Below, piece after piece: positions 9,037 through 16,707 of a stretch of 40,293 bases of DNA. The stretch lies in assembly GCA_045604745.1 (NCBI GenBank), contig JAZUOR010000124.1:1-40293 (forward strand). Reading direction: 5' to 3'. Source of the DNA: Acutalibacteraceae bacterium. GTDB lineage: Bacteria > Bacillota > Clostridia > Oscillospirales > Acutalibacteraceae. The translations under genes and the position numbers were made by a program. The notes below the pieces were generated by a model that was not told the origin of the DNA, ran no database searches, and saw nothing but the letters and a program-made list of their open reading frames with translations. Position 1 is the first letter of the stretch. The number at the start of each line of letters is the position of its first letter.

Positions 9037-9798
9037 ATGCAGTCCGATCGACACATCACATACAAATCATTTATCCAGCGCGAGATCGCCTTCAAGCACC
9101 GAGAGTATAACATTGAATTTGAATATTATAATCTTATCGTGGATGGCAAGCTTGACGAGGTCAAAGCCGATTTTTCGCCCTTCGGCGGCGAAGGAGCAGG
9201 CGTGCTTTCCGACAACCCGGTAAACAACATTCGCTATCATTTCATTATTACCGCAGCACTCATCGCAAGATACTGCATTGAGTCGGGTATGGAAATGGAA
9301 ACCGCATATACGCTCAGCGACTATTACATAAACCTCGTCGACCATTGCAGCACCATTGACGAAATTGAAAAGGCGCATTATGACATGGTGTGCGACTACA
9401 CCTCACGCATGAAGGACACCGAAAAGTACAACGTCTGCTCAAAGCCGGTCATTCTTGCCATGGAGTACATCTATGACAACCTCCACAACCATATCACGGT
9501 CAACGATGTCGCCGAGCATGTATCGCTCAGCCCCAATTACCTTTCGCGCATTTTCCACGCCGAGACCGGCTGCACTGTCAGCAGTTATATCACCAACTAC
9601 CGTCTGACCGCCGCAAAAAACATGCTGAAGTATTCGGAATACACCATACTTGAGATATCAAATATACTTTCCTTCAGCTCCCAGAGCCATTTTACAAACC
9701 TGTTCAAGAAGCACGTCGGCGTTTCTCCGCGTGAATACCGCAACAAGTATTACCGCAAGGACATGAGCAGCGTGGGAAAGGCTGAAAAAAACGCGTAA
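9037..9798 (+). CDS. AraC-family transcriptional regulator
   Basis: The C-terminal double HTH is ITVNDVAEHVSLSPNYLSRIFHAETG...ISNILSFSSQSHFTNLFKKHVGVSPREYR. The start at 9037 follows GAGGT. Confidence 0.85.
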   Translation: MQSDRHITYKSFIQREIAFKHREYNIEFEYYNLIVDGKLDEVKADFSPFGGEGAGVLSDNPVNNIRYHFIITAALIARYCIESGMEMETAYTLSDYYINLVDHCSTIDEIEKAHYDMVCDYTSRMKDTEKYNVCSKPVILAMEYIYDNLHNHITVNDVAEHVSLSPNYLSRIFHAETGCTVSSYITNYRLTAAKNMLKYSEYTILEISNILSFSSQSHFTNLFKKHVGVSPREYRNKYYRKDMSSVGKAEKNA

Positions 9799-9830
9799 TA
9801 GCAATTCAAAAACTGAAAACAACACAAAGA

Positions 9831-9868
9831 AATCCCGGCTTTCCGCCAGCAGACGGAGAGTCGGGATT
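9831..9868. terminator. strong hairpin between convergent genes, probably a terminator for the minus-strand peptidase gene and possibly bidirectional
   Basis: AATCCCGGCTTTCCG...CGGAGAGTCGGGATT forms a stem of about 15 bp including G-U pairs. The T-rich tract is on the minus-strand side. Confidence 0.55.
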
Positions 9869-9928
9869 ATTGAATTCAATTCCAATTAAGACACTTGCGC
9901 ATTTTCAGGCACATGGAAAACCGTACAG

Positions 9929-10966
9929 TCATTCTTCCAGCATATACGCCAGCAGCAGCTTTACGGTGTTTTCAAGACCGTCTATGTGAGTGCGCTCCAT
10001 TCCGTGGCTGCAATAGACCGCCATGCCGAAGGCGGCACTTCTGATATTGTTTCCTGCCCGCAGGGCTGCATTTGCATCGGTGCTGTAGCGGAAGAAAACA
10101 TCCACCGCATAGTCGCACTGTGCTGACTTTGCGCAGTCTATCAGGTGATTGGTCAGCTCATAATCGTAAGGTGCGGTGTTATCCTTTGCACAGATGCTGA
10201 CCTTGCGCTCGCTGCCGTCAAGGCCCGGTCCGATCAGTCCGATGTCTATCGCCACATACTCGGAAACGCCCTCCGGAACAAACGTGCCGCCGATGCCGAT
10301 CTCCTCATAGTAGGGAAAGGCGATGATGGTTCTGTATCTGGGTCTTACTTTTTTCTCAGCCAGATATCTGAGCGCAGCAAAGCAGCAGGCTATACCGCCC
10401 TTGTCATCAATAAAACGCGATTTTATATAGCCGTTTTTCGTATACTGAAAGCGAGGCTCCACTGAAACATAGTCTCCGTTCTGTATTCCGAGAGCCCGTA
10501 CAGCTTCGCCGGTGGTCACGTCCTCATCCAGCAGAATGCGCATGGAGTTTTCATCTCTTGCCAGCGAGCGTGCATCCTCGAACACATGAACAGAGTGGGA
10601 TTTGCACATTACAAGGCCGGTGTACTCACGACCGTCTCTGGTATGCACCGTCACGCTTTCGCCCTCAAGACTTGAGAAAACCACACCGCCCAGATTGCGC
10701 ACACAGAGCGTTCCGTCACTCTCTATGCTGCGAACGACCATTCCGAGAGTGTCAGCGTGCGCTCCGACCAGAACAGTTCTGGAATTATCGCTGCCGTCAA
10801 GGGTTATGTACAGTGTGCTTTTGTTGTCACAGGAGACCGAATAACCCAACTCCGAGGCCATTTTTTCGAGCAGCGGGTTCAGTTTGACATAATATCCGAC
10901 CGGGCTTGGGACAGCCAGAATTGCTCTGAGGCTGTCGATAATGTATTCTCTGTCAATTTCAAACAT
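9929..10966 (-). CDS. M42-family metallopeptidase (aminopeptidase/endoglucanase-like)
   Basis: About 345 aa with VPSPVGY, GAHADTLGMVV, RFIDDKGG and EEIG motifs spaced as in M42/FrvX-type peptidases. I moved the start to the ATG at 10966. Confidence 0.8.
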   Translation of the reverse strand: MFEIDREYIIDSLRAILAVPSPVGYYVKLNPLLEKMASELGYSVSCDNKSTLYITLDGSDNSRTVLVGAHADTLGMVVRSIESDGTLCVRNLGGVVFSSLEGESVTVHTRDGREYTGLVMCKSHSVHVFEDARSLARDENSMRILLDEDVTTGEAVRALGIQNGDYVSVEPRFQYTKNGYIKSRFIDDKGGIACCFAALRYLAEKKVRPRYRTIIAFPYYEEIGIGGTFVPEGVSEYVAIDIGLIGPGLDGSERKVSICAKDNTAPYDYELTNHLIDCAKSAQCDYAVDVFFRYSTDANAALRAGNNIRSAAFGMAVYCSHGMERTHIDGLENTVKLLLAYMLEE

Positions 10967-11232
10967 CTTATAATACCTGCCATACGCTTGATTTGAAAAG
11001 AGTGTAGCACAAAGGCACGGCTTCGTCAACCGGACCTGTTCAGCTTGTTTTTATATTTGTTCACACATATCACCGCTGCCTCTTCTTTGATGCTGCCTGA
11101 CTCCGCACAGCACGTTCCGCGTCACATTTTCTCTATTGAACAACCGATGTCTGTAGTATATAATCAATTCGGATAATCGTGTGCTTTCCTTATACCCAAA
11201 CGGAAGCCGCAGCTACATCAGGAGGATACAGA

Positions 11233-13098
11233 ATGTCCAACAACAATACACCAGCAAAAACGCAGCAGCCGGTGTCGGTACAGGCAAAAAAATACTTTGA
11301 CAGGCTTTTTGACCGGCTGGCAACACTGTTCATGGCAATAACAGTAGTGGTACTGCCGCTGTATATGAATCACGAAAAATACACTGCCATAACCGCCGCC
11401 AAGTCAGGATTCTTCTCGGTCACCTGCATGCTGACTCTTATTGCAGCCATTGTGCTGCTGGCAGCCATGTGCATCTACAAGATAGACATTGACGAGCCCG
11501 GCACGTTAAAGCGGCTCACTTTCCGTGAACGGATCGGGAAGGATCCCATGCTGATGGCCGATATTGCCATAATCGCCTACTGGGGCCTCATGCTGCTGTC
11601 TACGATATCGGGCGAAGATATCCGCACTTCACTTTACGGTATTGATCCGCGTGACAACGGCTTTTTCTGCCAGACCATGTACATCGCAGCCTATTTCATC
11701 GTGTCCCGCACCATGAAGCCGGCACAGTACAAAGGACTTATCTTCGTTTGGGGCGGTGCATTGCTGAGTGCAGCAACCATTCTGCACTATTTCGGCGTGG
11801 ATCTTTATAATGTCGTTAGCTACTACAGCATGAACAGCAAGGGCGAACTGGTTGAACGAACCCTGTCTCCAAGTTATTCCGGCCCCTTCTGGGACAGCAC
11901 CAGCTATAAATTCCTCGGTCCGGTGGGCAACGTGAATCTCGGCTCATACATTCTTTCGGTCGCTCTTGTTCTGGCTGCCGGATACTACATCACCGGCGTG
12001 CATCCGGTGTTTTACGGTCTGCGCAGAAAGCAGCAGAATAACAGCAGGAAGAAAGAAAACAGCAAAAATCAGGAAAATGGCAAGCTGCCCTTTGAGGTGG
12101 TCAAGTGTCCGGACAAGCACAGCATCAGTCTGCTGGCGTGCTTTGTCATCATCCTTTATGCCGAGCTCAACATCAACACAGACGCAGGCCTTGTGGCTAT
12201 CGCCGCTGCAGTGCTGGCGATCCCTGTGGTTCTGTGCTGCACTCCGGAAAGACTGTGCCGCGGACTGGTGGTTTTTGCTCTGGCCTTCGCCACTGCCGGA
12301 CTTAGTATATTCATCGACTCCTCGCTGTGCAAAGAACCCTTCGGCACGGTCGGCAAGGCTCTGCTGGCTCTTGCTGTGCTTTGCGGAGCAGCTGCCTTTG
12401 CCGCATTCCGCATCAGAAACAAAGACAGCATCAAGCGCATTGCCACACCTCGCAGCATGCGCATTGTCCTGAGCAGTCTGATGGCTCTGGCTGTTGTCGC
12501 CGGAATCGGACTTTCACTTTACATTACCAAGCCCGACGACACCGCAGCCGGCGCTCTTTCGGGAGCCACTGTAGTGCTGGAGCGTGTTGATCTGCGCGAA
12601 AAGTCAGACACCATTATCCACGAGCTCGGTCAGATACTGCGCGGTAATCTTGACGATCACTTTGGCCACAACCGGCTGTTCACATGGAAGCGCACACTCT
12701 CTCTTGTCAAAAACAATCTCTGGCTGGGCATCGGCCCGGACAACTTCAAAACATATTTTGCCCGGTTCTATCGCGATGAAGCAGTGGAGATGTTCCCCGC
12801 CTCCAACGGCAATCTGGACAAGGCGCACAACGAATTTCTCGATGTCCTTCTGTGCAACGGCGTACTTGGACTGACGGCGTACATGCTGTTTTTCGGCACT
12901 CTGCTGTACTGCTGTTTCCGTCGTGCGGACAGAAGCAGCTTTGCTCCGGCGCTTGGCGTTGCCGTGGTAAGCTATATGGCCCACGCCTTCTTCGGCTACC
13001 AGCTGCCCATCCAGTCGCCGGTCATGTGGATGCTTATCGGAGCAGCCGGTGCCTTTGCCCGCGGCGAAGGCAAAAGACCGGTAAACCATACTCTATAA
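11233..13098 (+). CDS. O-antigen ligase (Wzy_C)-family polytopic membrane protein
   Basis: Many TM helices. The C-terminal region (GIGPDNFKTYF...KAHNEFLDVLLCNGVLGL) matches the O-antigen ligase/Wzy_C signature. The start at 11233 follows AGGAGG. Confidence 0.75.
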   Translation: MSNNNTPAKTQQPVSVQAKKYFDRLFDRLATLFMAITVVVLPLYMNHEKYTAITAAKSGFFSVTCMLTLIAAIVLLAAMCIYKIDIDEPGTLKRLTFRERIGKDPMLMADIAIIAYWGLMLLSTISGEDIRTSLYGIDPRDNGFFCQTMYIAAYFIVSRTMKPAQYKGLIFVWGGALLSAATILHYFGVDLYNVVSYYSMNSKGELVERTLSPSYSGPFWDSTSYKFLGPVGNVNLGSYILSVALVLAAGYYITGVHPVFYGLRRKQQNNSRKKENSKNQENGKLPFEVVKCPDKHSISLLACFVIILYAELNINTDAGLVAIAAAVLAIPVVLCCTPERLCRGLVVFALAFATAGLSIFIDSSLCKEPFGTVGKALLALAVLCGAAAFAAFRIRNKDSIKRIATPRSMRIVLSSLMALAVVAGIGLSLYITKPDDTAAGALSGATVVLERVDLREKSDTIIHELGQILRGNLDDHFGHNRLFTWKRTLSLVKNNLWLGIGPDNFKTYFARFYRDEAVEMFPASNGNLDKAHNEFLDVLLCNGVLGLTAYMLFFGTLLYCCFRRADRSSFAPALGVAVVSYMAHAFFGYQLPIQSPVMWMLIGAAGAFARGEGKRPVNHTL

Positions 13099-13105
13099 TC
13101 AGTAA

Positions 13106-13146
13106 AGCAGCCACAGGATGCACGGTCGCTCCTGTGGCTGCTTTTT
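13106..13146. terminator. bidirectional rho-independent terminator between convergent genes
   Basis: A 13-bp stem (AGCAGCCACAGGA...TCCTGTGGCTGCT) is flanked by an A-run upstream and a T-run downstream. Confidence 0.75.
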
Positions 13147-14035
13147 ACGTCCGGCTTTCTGCCAGCATTTTCATTATGGTTCCCAGTACCCGCTTTTTAT
13201 CCAGACTCCACAGCGGTGCTGCCAGTTCGTCCCGCGCACCATCGCCGGTTATCCTGTGCACCACCATTTCCGGCGGCAGCATGCGGATAAGTCTTGCTGC
13301 TATGGCGGCGTATTCCTCCAGTTCGAGTGTGCTTACCTCTCCCCTCAGGTACATCTGCTCAAGAGGCGTGTCACGCAGAATATGCAGAAGCTGGAGCTTG
13401 ATGCCCTCTGAGCCTGCTGCCACAATGTGCCGCACGGTGTTTTCCATGTCAGCTTCTTTCTCTCCCGGCAGTCCGATTATCATGTGGGTTATAACCTCGA
13501 TTCCGGCAGCGTGCAGACGTGCGACGGCATCGTCGTACACCTCCAGCGCGTATCCCCGGTTGATAAGCCGTGCCGTTGCCTCGCTTGCGGTCTGAAGTCC
13601 CAGTTCAACCCATACCGGCTTGATAGCGTTGAGCCTTCCGAGCAGGTCAATCACATCGTCGCCCAGACAGTCCGGACGGGTGGCAATACTCAGCACAGCG
13701 ATGTCCGGACGAGCTATCACCCTGCTGTAGAGAGTATCCAGATATTCCACCGGCGCGTAGGTGTTTGTATAGCTCTGAAAGTAGGCGATGTATCTGTCTG
13801 ACCGGTTCTTGGCGGCAACCTGCGCCTTGGCCTTGTCTATCTGAGCGTCGATATCTCCGCACTGCCGCTGAGCAAAGGCACCCGATCCGTTAAGGCAGAA
13901 GATACAGCCGCCAGTGCCCACAGTACCGTCCCTGTTGGGACAGGTCATACCTCCGTCCAGAGTCAGCTTGTACAGCTTTTCTCCGAAGCGTTCGATCAGA
14001 TAGCTTCCCAGAGTGCGATATCCCGGTATGGGCAA
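13145..14035 (-). CDS. radical SAM protein, TIGR01212-like family
   Basis: The N-terminus (YKLTLDGGMTCPNRDGTVGTGGCIFC) is the characteristic Cys cluster of this family. 296 aa. Confidence 0.85.
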   Translation of the reverse strand: MPIPGYRTLGSYLIERFGEKLYKLTLDGGMTCPNRDGTVGTGGCIFCLNGSGAFAQRQCGDIDAQIDKAKAQVAAKNRSDRYIAYFQSYTNTYAPVEYLDTLYSRVIARPDIAVLSIATRPDCLGDDVIDLLGRLNAIKPVWVELGLQTASEATARLINRGYALEVYDDAVARLHAAGIEVITHMIIGLPGEKEADMENTVRHIVAAGSEGIKLQLLHILRDTPLEQMYLRGEVSTLELEEYAAIAARLIRMLPPEMVVHRITGDGARDELAAPLWSLDKKRVLGTIMKMLAESRT

Positions 14036-14163
14036 AATAATTCCTCCAAATTTTTATTCTTGTAAATATGCAGTTTTTGATGTTTTTCGCGAGGTTTGGT
14101 ATTGTAATATTGCCGCCGATGTAGTAGAATAATTATCACTGTTTGCAAAAAGGAGGCTTGTCT

Positions 14164-14892
14164 ATGCTCGGAAACTATATAAGAGTCACCGTGGATCCGG
14201 TCTTCGAGCAGGGCGTGAAGATCCCGCCCGGCGAGCTGAGAGTTATAAACGGTACAGCCGGTGAGCTCGGAAGCCACGGTGAGCCGGCGGTAAAGGCCTA
14301 TATATTCAGCACAACCGACATGCGCGGACTGATGAAGCTGCGTGTCATTGCGATTATTACCGAAAAAAGCACCGGACGTATCAGCTACGCCGTTGCCGCC
14401 GAACGCATGGTGGTCTATGAGCCTCAGATCCGCGAGCTGCTGGATGACCGGATCACCGGTTCCTACGATGTACAGTGCCTCAACGAAAAATCCTGCGGAG
14501 CGGTGATTTATCGCCGCAAGAGCGGAAATCTTGAATTTCTGCTCATAAAGAATCGCCGCGGCGGAAACTGGGGCTTTCCCAAAGGGCATATCGAGCGCGG
14601 AGAAGACGAAAAGGCCACCGCTCTTCGGGAAGTCAAGGAGGAGACCGGTCTGGACGTTATCCTTACCGAAGGTTTCCGTTCCCTGAGCGAATATCATCCG
14701 CGGGGCCGCATATTCAAGCAGGTGGTATTCTTCCTCGCCGAAATGCCGGAGGGCGGCGAAATAACTCCGCAGCAGTCGGAAATCGACCGCTTCATCTGGG
14801 CCGACTACGGTCTTGCCATGCGCACATTCCGCTTTAACAATGACCGAAACGTCATAACACAGGCTCGCGACTGGCTGCGCTCAGCGCGATAA
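14164..14892 (+). CDS. NUDIX hydrolase with an N-terminal extension of about 100 aa
   Basis: The Nudix box is GFPKGHIERGEDEKATALREVKEETGL. The start at 14164 follows AAGGAGG. Confidence 0.8.
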   Translation: MLGNYIRVTVDPVFEQGVKIPPGELRVINGTAGELGSHGEPAVKAYIFSTTDMRGLMKLRVIAIITEKSTGRISYAVAAERMVVYEPQIRELLDDRITGSYDVQCLNEKSCGAVIYRRKSGNLEFLLIKNRRGGNWGFPKGHIERGEDEKATALREVKEETGLDVILTEGFRSLSEYHPRGRIFKQVVFFLAEMPEGGEITPQQSEIDRFIWADYGLAMRTFRFNNDRNVITQARDWLRSAR

Positions 14893-14904
14893 ATTAAACA
14901 ATAA

Positions 14905-14946
14905 ACACGGGCTTCCGCAGCTGATGCGGCAGCCCGTGTATTTTTC
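14905..14946. terminator. bidirectional terminator hairpin between convergent genes
   Basis: The stem ACACGGGCT...AGCCCGTGT has inner CCGCAG/ATGCGG-type pairing and is followed by TTTTT. Confidence 0.7.
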
Positions 14947-14965
14947 CGGAGAAGGCAAAAAACAA

Positions 14966-15283
14966 TCAGAAATTATCCTTGCCGAACACATCGTCGGCAC
15001 GCTGTTCCATGCGAGCATTGGGATCATAGCGTTTGTTTTTGATTGCAGAAACTGTGGAGATAACCATACCTACTGCTGCCACAATATCGTCCAGCCAGCC
15101 CACGACAGGAATAAGGTCGGGCATGAAGTCCGTAGGCAGTATGATATAAGCAAGCATCAAAGCCGATACCAGATATTTCCACCACTGACCGGCAGACTTT
15201 GCAGAGCCTCCGGCAGCTTTGGCGGTGGGAACTGTGGGAGCGGTAACGTTTTTGGGGAGCTTATCAAGTTTGATGTTTTTCAT
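14966..15283 (-). CDS. DUF1232/YkvA-family small membrane protein
   Basis: ILPTDFMPDLIPVVGWLDDIVAAVGMV is the hallmark DUF1232 motif. 105 aa. Confidence 0.75.
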   Translation of the reverse strand: MKNIKLDKLPKNVTAPTVPTAKAAGGSAKSAGQWWKYLVSALMLAYIILPTDFMPDLIPVVGWLDDIVAAVGMVISTVSAIKNKRYDPNARMEQRADDVFGKDNF

Positions 15284-15461
15284 TTCCGCACGACCTTTCT
15301 TTGATATTTCTGTTTTAACAACAGAGATTATATCACATATGACAAAAAAAGTAAAGCATCCTGACCGTTCAATTGCTCAAAATATGTATAATGACACACA
15401 GCGGCAAAGTCTCTGCAGAAACTTTGCCGATAAGTATTTCGGATTCAGGAGCGTGTTTTGG

Positions 15462-15490
15462 TTGACAACGCCGCACCGTGAGTTTATAAT
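15462..15490 (+). promoter_or_regulatory. consensus sigma-A promoter for the tRNA gene
   Basis: TTGACA (15462-15467), a 17-nt spacer and TATAAT (15485-15490), about 54 nt upstream of the tRNA 5' end. Confidence 0.65.
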
Positions 15491-15543
15491 ATTCAAGCAT
15501 GTACTTTTCGGTGCAGTAATGTTGATTTCAGCAAATCAAACAA

Positions 15544-15619
15544 CGGGGTGTAGCGCAGTTGGTAGCGCGCCAGCTTTGGGAGCTGGATGCCGCGAGTTCG
15601 AGTCTCGCCACTCCGACCA
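15544..15619 (+). tRNA. tRNA-Pro, anticodon UGG, with encoded CCA
   Basis: Folded by hand. Acceptor stem CGGGGTG/CACTCCG, D arm GCGC-AGTTGGTA-GCGC, anticodon arm CCAGC-TTTGGGA-GCTGG (anticodon TGG), T arm GCGAG-TTCGAGT-CTCGC, discriminator A, then CCA. Confidence 0.95.
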
Positions 15620-15649
15620 TCATTGGGCTACAAAAAAGATGTCGCCCCG

Positions 15650-15679
15650 AAAAAATCCGCACTATTGTGCGGATTTTTT
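15650..15679 (+). terminator. rho-independent terminator after tRNA-Pro
   Basis: AAAAAATCCGCAC-TATT-GTGCGGATTTTTT forms a perfect hairpin with a U-tract. Confidence 0.8.
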
Positions 15680-15826
15680 CGTATCTGTCACTTGATTTTG
15701 TGACATTCAAAACCGTAGATGTCATCGGAGTTTTTCCAGAGTCGAACTCACGTAATTCTCCTATTTCTGCAAAACAATAACATATCCGCCGTATAAACAA
15801 AGAAAAAACAGAACACTTCAAAGCAC

Positions 15827-15879
15827 AAGCCCGCAGTTTTCTCAAGGAGAAATCCTTCAAAGAACTGCGGGCTTTTTTC
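15827..15879 (+). terminator. conserved terminator-like hairpin immediately upstream of the paralog RBS (copy 1)
   Basis: AAGCCCGCAGTT...AACTGCGGGCTT forms a stem, followed by TTTT. The loop contains CAAGGAGAAATCCT. The same structure recurs at 22983-23033. Confidence 0.6.
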
Positions 15880-15910
15880 ATTTTAAATCAAATTGACCAG
15901 GAGGAAACCA

Positions 15911-16444
15911 ATGTACTTTTCATGCAATCAGTCCCACGCACCCAGATCAATCGATAAGCGCTCTCCAGCCGCATCATGGGATCTTATGATGCGCTCTGCG
16001 CTGTCCGATGTCAAGCATTCCGGATTCAACGAGCGGCTTCGGCGGCACCAGGCAAAGGAAAGCTGCTCCAAGATCTTCTTCGAGAGCGAGAATCACCGGG
16101 AGTTATTCTGCAAAGCCGCAAAACAGCTGCGTAAGGACAGACCTCATATGCTGGCAGTCATATATCTCTTGACAGCCAATCGAACGCTATGGTCAAGAAT
16201 CTGTCACAGAATGATTCCGGCAGAGCTATCGTTCGACAATGATCAGCTGGGCAAGGTTAACATCGGAGCATATACCCTGTTTTCATTTGCAAAAGATCTG
16301 CACACCGGATCGCAGCACATAACGGTTGAAGACATGATAGATCCGACAACTATCCCCGATAAGCTGTTTGCGCTCATATGCAACGCCATCGCTATACATC
16401 AGTTTGGCGTCGGCGCTCTTTCTTTTCTGCCGGACAATCCGTGA
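15911..16444 (+). CDS. conserved mobile-element hypothetical protein, paralog 1 (family not confidently recognised)
   Basis: 177 aa starting at the ATG at 15911 after AGGAGG. By eye it is about half identical to the ORF at 23066-23599 (shared RPxMLAVxYLL, LWSRxC, GKVN, FAKDLHTGSxHI, IPDKxFxLICNAI). Confidence 0.75.
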   Translation: MYFSCNQSHAPRSIDKRSPAASWDLMMRSALSDVKHSGFNERLRRHQAKESCSKIFFESENHRELFCKAAKQLRKDRPHMLAVIYLLTANRTLWSRICHRMIPAELSFDNDQLGKVNIGAYTLFSFAKDLHTGSQHITVEDMIDPTTIPDKLFALICNAIAIHQFGVGALSFLPDNP

Positions 16445-16581
16445 TAAGGCAAGCACAATGTCTCACTGCTTTCTTTGTGCATTGTTGGTATGGATATTGA
16501 AAAAGCATTCATTCATACATATCCATTTTCTCTCGCTCATAGATACTACATAAATATTATTATAACGACTTCCTTATTATA

Positions 16582-16610
16582 TTGCTTTTTTACAATGGGC
16601 GTGATAAAAT
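16582..16610 (+). promoter_or_regulatory. candidate promoter of the two-gene cassette (TTGCTT, 17-nt spacer, TGaTAAAAT extended -10)
   Basis: Read directly. The background is AT-rich, so chance matches are likely. Confidence 0.3.
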
Positions 16611-16707
16611 AAAGCAGTATATCATATATTTTTTAAATGCGAAATGAACAATAGATATTGTACCTAATTAGTGGTAAATCATCTCAATTTCGAAAGGGCT
16701 GTGTTTT

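Larger units (their letters stand above)
15609..16497 (+). repeat. left copy of a diverged direct repeat of about 0.9 kb (tRNA-flank sequence, hairpins and a paralogous 177-aa gene)
   Basis: Hand alignment with 22757-23647. For example, CATCATTGGGCTACAA..AGATG..CCGCACTATTGTGC..TTTTTTCG matches CATTATTGGGGTACAA..AGATG..CCGCACAATAGTGC..TTTTTTGCG. Also shared are AGATGTCATCGGAGTTTTTCCAGAGTCGAACTCA versus AGATGACATATCGCTTTTTCCGATGCTGAACTCA, the AAGCCCGCAG hairpin, the paralogous ORF and TGTGCATTGTTGGTAT(G/A)GATAT at the end. Confidence 0.75.

Noticed and set aside
12852-13595. 247-aa plus-strand ORF spanning the O-antigen-ligase 3' end, the terminator and the radical SAM gene
   Set aside because: It crosses a strong bidirectional terminator and is antisense to the radical SAM gene. 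The translation is Ser/Arg/Cys-rich. Spurious.
15219-15881. ORFs of 158 aa (plus), 117 aa (minus) and 73 aa (plus) overlapping the tRNA-Pro gene and its terminator
   Set aside because: They run through a well-folded tRNA, its consensus promoter and a terminator. No RBS. Non-coding region.
16445-16707. Search for CRISPR repeats, retron-like msr/msd structures or tandem toxI-like RNA repeats flanking the cassette (also in 22380-23065)
   Set aside because: I found no regularly spaced direct repeats, and no reverse transcriptase or Cas genes are present. Only isolated hairpins were seen.
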